Shown here: in pieces, positions 1 through 10,595 of the stretch
Layout: every line of letters begins with the position of its first letter
Position numbering within the stretch: position 1 is the stretch's first letter
Notes under the pieces: generated by a model
What the model was told of the DNA's origin: nothing
The model's input: the letters and a program-made list of their open reading frames with translations, nothing else
Database searches by the model: none
Program-made: the position numbers and the translations under genes
DNA from: Candidatus Marinacidobacterales bacterium
GTDB taxonomy: Bacteria > Acidobacteriota > Vicinamibacteria > Marinacidobacterales > SMYC01
Direction: 5' to 3'
Length of the DNA: 64,000 nucleotides
Assembly: GCA_965237955.1 (NCBI GenBank)
Contig: OZ250169.1
Coordinates: 5,536,001-5,600,000, forward strand

Positions 1-456
1 CGAACCGCGTGCAGCTCAACAGCGACGGCTCCAAGGTATACCTCCAGGCCGTCGAAGATGCTTTTGGCGCGGACATCGACTACGCGATGCTGGTCAAGCA
101 CTACGGGAACGCGCCGCGGCAGGCGAGAAGCGCTACAGCCCCGCCGTCTGTACTGGCACGACGCAGAAGGCCATCACCGGGAGCCCCGACGAGAAGCACA
201 TCTCCACGAGCTACGTGGAGCGCCAGAACCTCACAATGCGAATGAGCATGCGCGGCTTCACGCGGCTCACGAACGCCTTCTCGAAGAAGATCGACAACCA
301 CTGTCATTCCATCGCGCTGCACTTCATGTATTACAACTTCGTGCGGATTCACCAAACGCTCAGGACCACCCCGCGATGGCAGCGGGCGTCACTGACAAGC
401 TGTGGGACATCGCCGATATGGTCGCGCTGCTGGATTAGAGTGAAACTAGATCTACC
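1..456 (+). mobile_element. IS1-family element, 3' part (frameshifted DDE transposase, cut by window edge)
   Basis: Motifs QLNSDG, VERQNLTMRMSMRGFTRLTNAFSKK, YYNFVRIH and PAMAAGVTDKLWDI are spread over three frames; the segment ends in an IS1-like terminus GAAACTAGATCTACC at 456. Confidence 0.8.
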
Positions 457-740
457 CGAAATCCTCCCTGAGATCGAGCTCAAAAATGCCTGGGGGCACT
501 CCCATCGCACGGCATATCACCCGAATGATGTTAGGTTCGACGATATCTTCGGGGGGCCATTCGCGTACGTCTGCCGTTTCCTCCTTCTCCAGCGGTTACC
601 GCAGACAAACGCCTGCTAGTCTCACACCGCCATTTCGGTGCGGGACCGTGCAAATCGGAGTCGCAAACTACCCGGTTGCGTTCTCGACACACGTCCTGTC
701 ACAATATATGAAAGTCCCAACAACTGAAACGTGTAGAAGA

Positions 741-2276
741 GTGGCGACGATTCGATTCGCGTCGGCCGGGCTCCGCGTGTGTCCGGTCGTCCTCCTCCTC
801 GTGTGCGCGGTGTGGTCGACTCCTGTACACGCGCAGCCGGATATCGATCACCCTGGCATCGAGTGCATCGAGCCGGGGAAGTACGTGGTCATCCTTTCCG
901 GGATCGATCCCGAGCGGGAGGTCCAGACGGCCAAAGTCTACTTTCGCTCGATCCTCTATCCGGACTTCTACTACGTGGAGATGACGTACGAGAACGGTCG
1001 CTTCCAAGGCATTCTTCCCAAACCATCGCCGGAGACGACGCAAATCATGTACTACCTCGAGGCGGTCGACAGTGTGTTCAACGGCACCCGTTCTCTGGAA
1101 TGGGATCCGCTCGTCCAAGAATGCGATGACGATCCCGCCGCCGCCTACTTCACCGGCGAGGAGACCGGGATCGTCATCGGTGCCACGACCGCGGGGCAAT
1201 CGGCGATTCCTGCCGGCTTCTCGGCCGCTGGCATTGTCGGTACGATCGCAGCCACGGGCTTTGCCACCGGTCTCGGCGGAGGCATCGGAGCCGGCACCGC
1301 GGTCGCCGTGGGAGCGGTGGCGGCGGGTGCTGCAGGAGCGGTTGTCGCGACGAGTGGCGGCGAGGAAGAGCCCACGACAACGGCGGTGGCCGCTGCGACG
1401 ACGACGTTGCCCGCGGTCCCGGATCCCGCGCCAAGCTCGACGAGCGCTCCGGGGCCGGGGAGCACGACGACGGTCGGCAGCACCACCACGGTGTCAGGTA
1501 CTACGAGGTCCATCAGCGGGAGCACGACGACGTCCACGGGTGGCGCTTCGACCTCGACAACGACTGCCTCGACCACGAGCATCGTCACCACCACGATTGC
1601 AACGACGACCGTCGCCCTTCCGCCGCTCAACGCGGGCTGTTTCACGATTCAAGTTTTGGGCGATTGCAAGGTTCGGGTCGACGCCACCTGCGTCAACTTG
1701 CCCGTCGATCGCTACGAATGGATTTTGGATATCGACAATCGCTGGCAGCGCGTGACTCTTTCCAGCGGGCCGTCGATCGTGGTCCAGAACTGGAGCAGCT
1801 CTTGCGACGACGATGATGAAACGATCCGATTTCAGCTCACGGTGCACCGCGGCGTCGATTCGGATTCCGCGGTCAAGAGCATCGTCGTTCCCGGCGACGA
1901 CCTCAGAACGATTCCCGATGCGCCCGAACGAAGCGTGCCGCGGGCTCGTTTCGAAAGCCATCTCGATCTGCCCGGTGTCGCCCGCGGTCGTATCGTCGTC
2001 AACGGAACATCGGGTCGGATCATCGATAGCTCCCAACCGGTGGTGATCGACGCGCGCGGCCCGAGGGGCGTGAACACCATCATTGGGACGCTCATCGGAG
2101 GTTCGCGTGACTCGGGCGTCTGGCGATTCGATTTCCGGAACGAGCCACGGTTCGAGCGCGGTAGTCTTGCGATCGTACGAGGCGACGTGTTGACGGTCGG
2201 ACCGAACGCCATCGTGTTTCGCTTGAGTGGACGTCCGGGCGAGAGCGTCGAGTTCACCTACGAGCTTCGTCCCTAG
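741..2276 (+). CDS. Secreted/surface protein with Gly/Ala hydrophobic segment, Thr/Ser-rich linker and C-terminal beta-rich (PKD-like) domains
   Basis: Long ORF with signal-like segment ending VHA-QP and a TTTT-rich stretch; the GTG start at 741 is inferred. Confidence 0.65.
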   Translation: MATIRFASAGLRVCPVVLLLVCAVWSTPVHAQPDIDHPGIECIEPGKYVVILSGIDPEREVQTAKVYFRSILYPDFYYVEMTYENGRFQGILPKPSPETTQIMYYLEAVDSVFNGTRSLEWDPLVQECDDDPAAAYFTGEETGIVIGATTAGQSAIPAGFSAAGIVGTIAATGFATGLGGGIGAGTAVAVGAVAAGAAGAVVATSGGEEEPTTTAVAAATTTLPAVPDPAPSSTSAPGPGSTTTVGSTTTVSGTTRSISGSTTTSTGGASTSTTTASTTSIVTTTIATTTVALPPLNAGCFTIQVLGDCKVRVDATCVNLPVDRYEWILDIDNRWQRVTLSSGPSIVVQNWSSSCDDDDETIRFQLTVHRGVDSDSAVKSIVVPGDDLRTIPDAPERSVPRARFESHLDLPGVARGRIVVNGTSGRIIDSSQPVVIDARGPRGVNTIIGTLIGGSRDSGVWRFDFRNEPRFERGSLAIVRGDVLTVGPNAIVFRLSGRPGESVEFTYELRP

Positions 2277-2505
2277 TCACCGAATTACGCTAGCCCATGT
2301 TTCCCTTTAGGTCTCTAAGTCATCCAAAACAAAGGATCGGGATCTGCCGTTTGTTCACTACAACTGACGGATGCTCCTTTGAGAAAGGGCTGGCGGGTCC
2401 TTACTTTCAGAAGTACATACTACGTAGGTAAGAGTAGCTAAGTGGTCTTCACCGAAGCCGAAAAAGAGGCGCAGAAAATCAAACTAGACCACTAACGTTT
2501 TTTCC

Positions 2506-3952
2506 GGAGGTGCCCCCACCATAGTTGAAGGTTCGAGGTGGTGGCGGCTCCTGACACATGGTTTACCCGACTTTGGCGTGCTTGTCGAGCGCTTGATTCT
2601 CAGTGACCTCCGCTAACTTCGCTTCGAGGATCGGTAGCGATTGGTATCCAATGATACGACGGAAATTTTTCTCCGTGGCGAGCAGAGCCGAAGCGGCCCA
2701 TCTCAGAACCATCTTGCCATTGCGCCAGCGGGTGACGCGAACGGGTACGACCTCGCGCACCGCTGAAGCACGACTCGATGATGTTCGTCGATCCAAGGCA
2801 GCGTTTCAGAGATGCGGGGAGGTCGAGCTCGTTGATGGTGAACATCTCGTCGAGCCCCTCCCGGATGCTCTCCGCCGCCGAGGGGTAGTCGTCCTCGAGC
2901 CACTTCGCCTGTTGCTCCAACCGCGCTTTGCCCTTCTTTGCTGGGAGCTGCCAGGCCGAACGCAGGCTCGCTTGCACTTGCGGCTTCAGCTCCTGCGGCA
3001 GATAACCGAGCACATTGCGCTCCTTGTGCTTCCTGCAACGCTGGACCTTGTTGTGGGTACCGAACACAGCGTCGACGGCGACCCGTAGCGCCTTGGAGCC
3101 ATCGATCACGAACAGCCGACACCGCTCTGGGCTCAGGCCTCGTTCGACCAGGTCCTCCAGCAGCGCCTTGCACACTATCTGGTTCTCCGATGCTCCATCC
3201 CGAAGCCCCAGAACATGCTTGTATCCCTCTGTATCTACGCCGATTGCCGCCAGCGCGTGGTGCTCGCCGAAGCGAATCCCGTCCAGGTACACGACCGCGA
3301 TCTCCAGCTCGTCCAGCGGACGCTCCATCAGCCCCTGCAACTGCTCCGCGCTTGCTTCCACGAACTCACGGCTCACCTCGCTCTTGCTAACCCCTACCGT
3401 CTCCGCCATCTCGGGAAGAACCGACGCGTACTTGCGCGTCGACACACCCAGCATCAGGATTTCCCAGATGCGTTGGCTCAGCCGAGACGAGTTGTTCACC
3501 GCTTCGTAGGCAGGAATCGCAACCTCCCCTCCCTCTGCCTTTCCCTTACGCCGCAGACGTGGCCGGCTCACTCTCAACTTCCGCTCCGCAAGGCTTACTA
3601 CGCCACCCTGCCGGCCGTGCCAGCGAACATCGCTACCCTTCTTCCCCGGGTGTTTCTCCCCAGCCACACTTTGGGCTGACAGATCCAAGACCGCTTCGAT
3701 CGTCGCTCGGCCAGCAACGTCGATCACTTCGTCGATCGCTATCTCGGTTCGCTCAATCGCATCCAAGAACGGCAACAGAGCTTGCCCCTTCGAGCTCAGT
3801 ATCTCTCGAAGCTTCTTCCTGTTCTTCGCATCGATGATTTGGTAATTTGACCATCGTGGTGGCTCCTTTCTTTTTCCTTCACAGCCGGATTCTATCGAAC
3901 CCGGCCTTAGGAGCCGCCACTCCTAACCTTCAACTATCTCAGGGGCATCTCC
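2506..3952 (-). mobile_element. IS256-family insertion sequence with 8-bp target duplication
   Basis: Imperfect ~45-bp terminal inverted repeats (GGAGGTGCCCCCACCATAGTTGAAGGTT vs GGAGATGCCCCTGAGATAGTTGAAGGTT); TTTTTTCC at both 2498-2505 and 3953-3960. Confidence 0.93.
2563..3854 (-). CDS. IS256 (Mutator) transposase, apparent frameshifts near both ends
   Basis: Motifs GVSTRKY, YLDGI, FVIDGSKAL, QRCRKHKERN and STNIIES; the C-terminus (RWRNGKMVLRW) is in another frame; the ATG at 3854 follows a GGAG RBS but is one base out of frame. Confidence 0.88.
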
Positions 3953-4244
3953 TTTTTTCCATCGGGTTTTGTTGCAGACGCGACGGGTGAGCTCCTCGAC
4001 TTCGATGGGATTTCCCCCCCAGGTGCGTTGCCCAATCCCCTCGGCTTGTGAAGGGACCCTCCCTGTAACTCATTGTCCATAAAAGCGATTGCTGGAAATC
4101 CCCGGTCCCGGCCCTGGCATGGCAATTGCACTTTTACGTCCCTGATCCGGCTTCTTGGGCTGGGCAAATCTGTCTCGGAAAAGGACGTGAAACGGGGCCA
4201 CTACGGATGCAGGGACTGGCAATGGACCAGGACAGAGGAAAACC

Positions 4245-4733
4245 ATGACGTGTAAACAGATGACATACTTTGGACTCGCGTTCGGCCTGCTCATGCTCGT
4301 CCCGTCCGCGGAGAGCGTGGCGGCGTCCACCGTCGCCAAACGCTCACGGTGCTACAGCGTCTTCGTGAGCTCACCCGAGGCAGCGAAGACGCGCCGCAGA
4401 AGGCCCAAGTTCTCGGCGGCGGAGATCATGGACATCCAGCTCCAGGCGCTCGTCTCGCGGAAGCTCACGGGCCACCACAGCCTCGAGTTCAAGATCTACA
4501 CGCCGAAAGGCAACCTCTATCAGTCGATGACGCTTCAGTTCGACGCGGACGCGCCGATACCGGAAGGCGCGCGGCGACGGAGCCGTCGCTTCCAGGAAGT
4601 GAATGCGGTCTTGCCCGTCGCAGGCACGAGCATCGTCACCAGCTCGATGTACGGTACCTGGAAAGTCGAGGCCTTCCTCGACGGCGACGAGCGAAGGTGC
4701 TCGCGCCCGAGAAGATTCAAGATCCAACCGTAG
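4245..4733 (+). CDS. Secreted hypothetical protein (Ig-like beta domain)
   Basis: GAGG RBS, signal peptide and a beta-rich pattern ending GTWKVEAFLDG. Confidence 0.7.
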   Translation: MTCKQMTYFGLAFGLLMLVPSAESVAASTVAKRSRCYSVFVSSPEAAKTRRRRPKFSAAEIMDIQLQALVSRKLTGHHSLEFKIYTPKGNLYQSMTLQFDADAPIPEGARRRSRRFQEVNAVLPVAGTSIVTSSMYGTWKVEAFLDGDERRCSRPRRFKIQP

Positions 4734-4977
4734 CTTTTTGCCTGTCCATCGTCAAATCATCGGGTCGTGCGAGCGTGCCATCCCGTTCTTGTGCGACGCG
4801 TATTCGGAAGAAACCCTCTCCTCCTGTGTGCTTTAGAGACTGCCGTTTGCGTCTGCCGTCAAATCCCCGTAACCTTTCCGTAGGTCCCCCAAAAGCGAAT
4901 AGCAAACCGTACCAGGGCGCGCCCGGCGGTCCGCCGCCCGGGCCGGTGGCCGCTTCCTTGGTGATCGGAGCGTCAGC

Positions 4978-5183
4978 ATGCCCAAATACACGATTCACTT
5001 TTCCAACAAAACCGACAGAGATCTCGCGCGCCTGACGAAAGCCCTCGGGTCAACTCCAAGGCGGACGTTGTTCGAAGAGCTCTGAACCTGCTTCGCCACG
5101 TGCTTGATGAACAGAAGGCAGGGGGAAGACTGGTCGTCGAAAACAACCGGGATAAGACGAAGAAAGAGCTCATCCCCATCTAG
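4978..5183 (+). CDS. Ribbon-helix-helix (CopG-like) DNA-binding protein, 1-nt frameshift
   Basis: Absent from the ORF track. Adding one G to the GGG near 5047 gives MPKYTIHFSNKTDRDLARLTKALGVNSKADVVRRALNLLRHVLDEQKAGGRLVVENNRDKTKKELIPI. Confidence 0.72.
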
Positions 5184-5194
5184 ATCCCGACACT

Positions 5195-7822
5195 ATGCGC
5201 GGAAGCCTGACCCCAGATGACCTCGCGCGCGTCCTGCGAGGGCTTGCGGTAAACCGTAAGGAGGGGATTCTTCATCTCTCGAGCGACGGTGTTTCCAAGC
5301 GCATCTACGTCAGCGGGGGCTCCATTATCTTTGCCGGCTCCGACGACGAGCAGGAACGCCTCGGAGAGATCCTCGTCCGCGCGGGCAAACTTGAGCGCAC
5401 CGATCTCGAGCTCTCCTTGAAGGTCATGAAGGAGACCGGAGAGAGTCTCGGGACAACCATCAGCGAAATGGGCTTTACCTCACCCGCGGACATAGCAGCG
5501 CACGCACTCGAACGGACGAAGTCGATCATCTGTTCGCTATTCGCTTGCTCGTCTGGAACCTTCTACTTCGAGGAGCGCGCGACGGGCGTCAGCGAAGACA
5601 TGGCACTCGAGCTCTCGACCCACGAGATGATCCTCGAGGCGGCTCGCAGTATCAAGCACCCTGAGCTCGTGCGGCGAGGCCTCGGCGATTTGAAGGCCGT
5701 ACTCCGCCAGCCACCCAACCCCCTCGTCCCCTACGAGGGGGGGAACCTGAGCTCCTCCGTCGATTGGATTCTGTTCCAGGCGAACGGCGTTTCCACCATG
5801 GAAGAGATCGTTCGAAGCTCGCCTCTTGACGAGGACAAGACCCTACTATCTATCTACGCCCTCGTGCTCGCAGGGATTTTGGAAGTCGAGAACCCAGAGA
5901 GAGCGCTGGCTGCGAGAACCGACGCGACCAAGGTGACTTTCGGGCAACACGGACCGCCGCCACAGAGCGCCTCGTCCACCTCCGGCACCGACGAGCTCCC
6001 ACAAAAACTCGGGCGGTACGAAGTGGAGAGACTCCTCGGCCGCGGGGCCATGGGGGCCGTTGACCAGGCGCGAGACCCCGCAATCGACCGAACGGTCGCG
6101 ATCAAGCTCGTGCAAACTGCCGTGCAGCTAAGTCCTTCGGAGCTCGAAAAGTACCTGGAACGCTTCCACCGAGAAGCGAAGGCGGCGGGAAAGCTCCTCC
6201 ACCCGGGAATTGTTACCGTCTTTGATGTGGGGCATACGAACGAGGAAACACCCTTCATCGTGATGGAATACGTTGAGGGAAGGACGCTCCAAGAGATCCT
6301 CGAGTCCGAGAACCTCGAAACGGACGAAGTGCAACGCCTTTCGGTCGAGATCCTCGAGGCGTTAGCCTTTGCTCATTCGAACGGAATCGTTCATCGGGAC
6401 GTTAAACCTGCGAACGTTCTCGTGACCGAGGAGCGTCGAATCAAGATCATGGATTTCGGCATCGCACATGTTGTGGGCTCCGAGTTGACTCAGGCCGAGG
6501 ACGTTATCGGAAGCCCCAACTACATGGCCCCAGAACAGCTCTCCAAGGGAACTATCGACCCCCGGACCGATCTCTTTGCGTTCGGAGTGATGCTCTACCG
6601 AATGCTCACCGGCACGCTACCGTTTGTGGGCGACTCCTTCGCCGCCATCGCGCAGGCTATTCTTGTTGAGGAGCCGCCACCGCCGTCGAGCGTCGACCCC
6701 GCGATTCCGGACCACCTGAGTAATGCTGTCGTTCGCTGCCTCGCGAAAGACCCCGACTCACGTTTCGTGACCGCCGACGAGTTGAAGCACACATTGCGAC
6801 ATCCGTCCGGTGACGGCATCGCCGCGGACAACGAGATGGTTTCGTCCGAAACCAGAGCGGGGGTCCCTACCGGAGAGAGCTCGAAGATCCCCAAGGTCGC
6901 CGACGTTCCGGTCGAGCCGCTTCAGAACAAACGCAAGAGCCTCTATTTCGGATCGGCTGTTGCTGCATCCATTGCGGCCGCTCTTTTTGTAGTCTTTGCC
7001 TTCTCAGGAGGAAGATCGGAGGAGAGCGTCTCTCCGGAGCCACAAGCAACACCCCCGGAGGTGTCAGGACGGAGCCCCATTCCCGACGAGCCCCCAACGA
7101 GCTCGGACCCCTTCGATACGGCAGAAGAGTCGAGCGAGACAATACCCGAACAACCAAGCGATGCCGAGTTCTATCACCAAGCCAGTATCGCTTTCGAGCG
7201 GGGTGACCTCGACGCCGCCAAGGCGGCTCTCGAAGAGCTCGTCCGCAGCAATCCTGGCTTCGAGGGAGCTCCCGAGCTCCTCGTCAAAGTGAACGAGCAG
7301 CTCCGCAACGAGATACGAAGTCCGGAACGCGAGCCAACACCGGCGGCCCCGCTCGAGCCCAAACCCACCGCGGCACCCACCGAAGCCGAGCTCTTCTACC
7401 GGGCAAGGCTCGCCTTCGAAAACGGAGACCTCGAGGGTAGCAGGGACCAGCTCGAGGCACTTCTACGAACCAACCCTTCCTTCGAAGGCGCCTCTGAGCT
7501 CCTCGTCACCGTCGACGACGAGCTCTGGAAGAAAACCTTACCCTTCTCGTACCGTGCCAAACACAATCACCGCCTCGGTAGCTGCACAGGCACCCTGAGT
7601 CTGGCAGCGTCGGGCATTCGATACTCCTCGAAGGACCACGAGTGGAGCTGGGATTTCGATGCCATTCGGCTGATGGACCGTGACGGGCGCAGGGTCCTCA
7701 ACGTTGAAACATACGAAACAGACGTTTTGGGACTGGGCAAGCCCAAGAACTATCGATTCGAGCTGCTGCGTGACTCACTGCGGCACGAAGACTGGATGAG
7801 GTACCAGCGGTTGATGCGGTAG
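5195..7822 (+). CDS. Membrane Ser/Thr protein kinase with N-terminal DUF4388/PatA-like domain and two extracellular TPR-like repeats
   Basis: Kinase motifs GRGAMG, VAIK, HRDVKPAN, DFG, GSPNYMAPE and DLFAFG; one TM segment; duplicated unit AEFY..A..AFE.GDL......LE.L.R.NP.FEGA.ELLV.V. Confidence 0.92.
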   Translation: MRGSLTPDDLARVLRGLAVNRKEGILHLSSDGVSKRIYVSGGSIIFAGSDDEQERLGEILVRAGKLERTDLELSLKVMKETGESLGTTISEMGFTSPADIAAHALERTKSIICSLFACSSGTFYFEERATGVSEDMALELSTHEMILEAARSIKHPELVRRGLGDLKAVLRQPPNPLVPYEGGNLSSSVDWILFQANGVSTMEEIVRSSPLDEDKTLLSIYALVLAGILEVENPERALAARTDATKVTFGQHGPPPQSASSTSGTDELPQKLGRYEVERLLGRGAMGAVDQARDPAIDRTVAIKLVQTAVQLSPSELEKYLERFHREAKAAGKLLHPGIVTVFDVGHTNEETPFIVMEYVEGRTLQEILESENLETDEVQRLSVEILEALAFAHSNGIVHRDVKPANVLVTEERRIKIMDFGIAHVVGSELTQAEDVIGSPNYMAPEQLSKGTIDPRTDLFAFGVMLYRMLTGTLPFVGDSFAAIAQAILVEEPPPPSSVDPAIPDHLSNAVVRCLAKDPDSRFVTADELKHTLRHPSGDGIAADNEMVSSETRAGVPTGESSKIPKVADVPVEPLQNKRKSLYFGSAVAASIAAALFVVFAFSGGRSEESVSPEPQATPPEVSGRSPIPDEPPTSSDPFDTAEESSETIPEQPSDAEFYHQASIAFERGDLDAAKAALEELVRSNPGFEGAPELLVKVNEQLRNEIRSPEREPTPAAPLEPKPTAAPTEAELFYRARLAFENGDLEGSRDQLEALLRTNPSFEGASELLVTVDDELWKKTLPFSYRAKHNHRLGSCTGTLSLAASGIRYSSKDHEWSWDFDAIRLMDRDGRRVLNVETYETDVLGLGKPKNYRFELLRDSLRHEDWMRYQRLMR

Positions 7823-7845
7823 GCTGGTATCCGGGGTCTGGCGCG

Positions 7846-8199
7846 ATGCACGATGCCGCCGGCCAAGCGGTGAGCGCGTTCATCATGATCTCGATCTTCG
7901 GCGCTCTCGGCGGCCTCGTCATGACCGCGCCCCGCATCATCTACGCGCCGGCATCACAATACAAAGACAGTGAGCTCGTCCCCCTGCAGCTCATGAACGT
8001 CGCGACCGGCGCCGCTGTGTTCCGCCTGAGAAAGCGCTCTATGGAAAATCGCCACAACGATCAGTATTTGACGCCCGGCTATCCGGTCGTGCCGCTCGTC
8101 TTCATCGTCGTCATGACGCTCTTGATGGTGAACGCGGCAGTCTATAACCCGCTTGATACGTTCATCGGGGCTCGCGCTGACCGCGCTCGGACTACCCGT
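7846..8199 (+). pseudogene. Amino-acid permease (APC family) remnant with internal deletion
   Basis: Only ISIFGALGGLVMTAPRIIYA and AVFRLRKR...TPGYPVVPLVF remain. Confidence 0.6.
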
Positions 8200-8832
8200 T
8201 TATCTTTGGATCGTGAGAGGGAGCGCCGGGTCACCGAAGAGGTGATAGATGGCGATGAGCTCCGGCATGGCGCCGGTGTCGGCGAAGCGCTCCTGGGCCT
8301 TGAGCACGGCATCACCGATACGGCGGTGGTTTCCGTTCACGAGCTCTTCCAAAAGGATCTCATGGTAGCGGTGAGCGGGTCCGTCGAGACTGAGTCCCGT
8401 GGGTGAGAACGCTGCGATGGCGCCTTTGCCTTCAGCCTTCACCATTCCTTCCGCGAGCGAGTCGAAATACGGAAAGTGAAAGAATCCGTTCAGACAGTTC
8501 ATCGTCAGCAATATCGGCTGCTCGGCTTGAGGCGCCAACGCGTCGATGTCCCCGGTGTTGAACACGTTCTCGTCCGCCCACAAGTGAATTGCACCGTGAC
8601 CCATATAGCTTACTAACGTTGCCCCGTTGTCGAGCGCTGCCCGCACTTCGCTCCGAACACCGGACGTGAGAAAAAATCGCGTTTCCCAAGGGAGATGGGG
8701 ATGGTTGGTCCACACTTCTGTCAACTAGGGGGTCGGGTCCGCGCGGTACGGATTCACCCGATATCGTATCGGCGTTTCGTTGGTGCGTATTGCTAGCGCT
8801 TTAACAAGTCGGGCTGCGTGTGCTCAACGCGC

Positions 8833-10399
8833 TCACGTCGGCACGAGTGTCGATACCATCTTCGGCCTCCAGCGGAGGCGAATCCACTGCAAGATATCGT
8901 AGGTGAGGGCGACCCACAGAGATTCAGTGCGCACTTTGGCGACTCCGCGCACGCTAAACTGCCGCAGGCCGAACTTGGTTTTGATCCAGAGATTCGGAAA
9001 CTCGGCCACCTGCGAGCGTGTCTTATAGATGGCCTTGGCTTCGTCGGTCTGCATCTTCTTCCGGAACGCGGCTATGTCGGGCAAGAGTTCGCGCCGCTCG
9101 ATCGAGCGGCCGTGCTGCGTACGAGGACAACACTGCTCTTTGGCCGGACACGTCTGGCAGTCTTGCTTAGACGCCTTATATCGATAGCGCATCGTGCCAT
9201 GGCTTTCCTGCTTGGCGTCGTAGCGTAAGTGCTTGCCCTGCGGGCACACATACGTGTTGGTCTGCGTATCGAAGACAAACTTCGACGCCTCGTATTCCGC
9301 TTTCACGCCGTGGTGCTTATACGACTTGCGCCGATTGGCCTCTGCTGCCTTGTTCTCGTGGTCGGGGCCGACGAGATCGATGCCGCGCTTCGCCATCTCC
9401 GCGATGTTGTTGCTACTAATGTAGCCTCCATCTACGACCATCTGCTCGGGCCGCACGCTGCATGCTCTGCTCAATCCGTTCTATGGCCGGCGTCAGCTGC
9501 TGATAATCGCTACCGGCCTGCGTGGCATCGATGTCGACAATCAGGCCGTGTGCGGCATCCGTTGAGACTTGGACGTTGTAGTTAGGTGCGGAGCCGCCCT
9601 CGGCTTGCTTCATCACCCGCGCGTCGGGATCGGTCGTGCTCACGCGGTCTATGCGGCTTTTCGCGGCTTTCAGCTTGTCATACTCCTTCAACGCTGATTC
9701 TAGACGATCCTGTCTCTCTCGCCTGGCGCGTTGCTGCGCTGCCTGCATCTGCCGGCTCGATTCCTCCTCCGTCTGGGCGTTGAGAGTCTCTACCGCCTCA
9801 CGCGCCTGCTCCAGACACTCTTCGACCGTCGGCTTGCGGCGAAATCCACTCGACGAAGCGTTCGCGCGCACCTTCGTCCCATCCAGCATGACTCGCTCGA
9901 GCGTGATCAATCCGTCCGAACTCAGAACTCCCAGAGCTTGCACAAACAACTCGTCCAGGATCTCCCTATGAATCATCCGAAAGTCCGACAGCGTGTGCGC
10001 ACTGATGCTCTGCATTCCGCTGAGCCATTGATACGCCGGATGATGTTCGCACAGCCGCTCAACCGCGCGGGCCGAACTCACGGCTTGGCTGTAGCTGTAG
10101 ACCCACAGGCTCACCAGTAGCTGAGGATCAAACGCAGGCCGGCCTGCGCCACCCGCGACCGAGCGGACTTGATCCGTGTACCCGCTGAGATCCAGCCGAC
10201 CCACGAACTCCCAGATCGCACGCGCTGGGTGATCCTCTGGGATCAAACGCTCCACGTCGACCGTCCGCAGCAGCAGCTGCGCCCTATCGACCACCTTCAA
10301 CCGAGCTTGTGTCACGCGCGCTCCCTCATCGCCGTCATCACCATCGCTGCGTTTTCGCGGACTCGGAAAGCCTGGAAGTGACGTTTGCTTATCACCCAC
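8833..10399 (-). CDS. IS1182-family transposase (frameshift ~9455)
   Basis: Motifs LIPEDHPAR, GRPAFDP, LDGTKVRANAS, STTDPDAR, YNVQ, VVDGGY, YVCPQG..C..CP...C and AEFPN. Confidence 0.9.
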
Positions 10400-10595
10400 G
10401 TTTACCCCGCTTCCTCCCACGCTTTGCCTTAGGCGTCCGACGCACAATCAGTGTGTTTCGATCCTCCACCACCCACTCCAGCTCCTCGCCCGGCTCCATC
10501 TCTAGCGCCTGGGCTAAAGGTGACGGGCAAATCACATAGAACTGACGGGTGTCGTTGGCTCGCTTGATCACCTGCAGCTTTGTCACGTATCCCAT
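10392..10595 (-). CDS. Small AbrB/MazE-like protein inside the IS1182 element
   Basis: MGYVTKLQVIKR..QFYVICPSPLAQALEMEPGEELEWVVED swapped-hairpin pattern; its stop overlaps the transposase GTG. Confidence 0.72.
   Translation of the reverse strand: MGYVTKLQVIKRANDTRQFYVICPSPLAQALEMEPGEELEWVVEDRNTLIVRRTPKAKRGRKRGKRG

Noticed and set aside
1360-1615. ACGACG-rich apparent repeats
   Set aside because: Low-complexity Thr/Ser codons of a protein linker.
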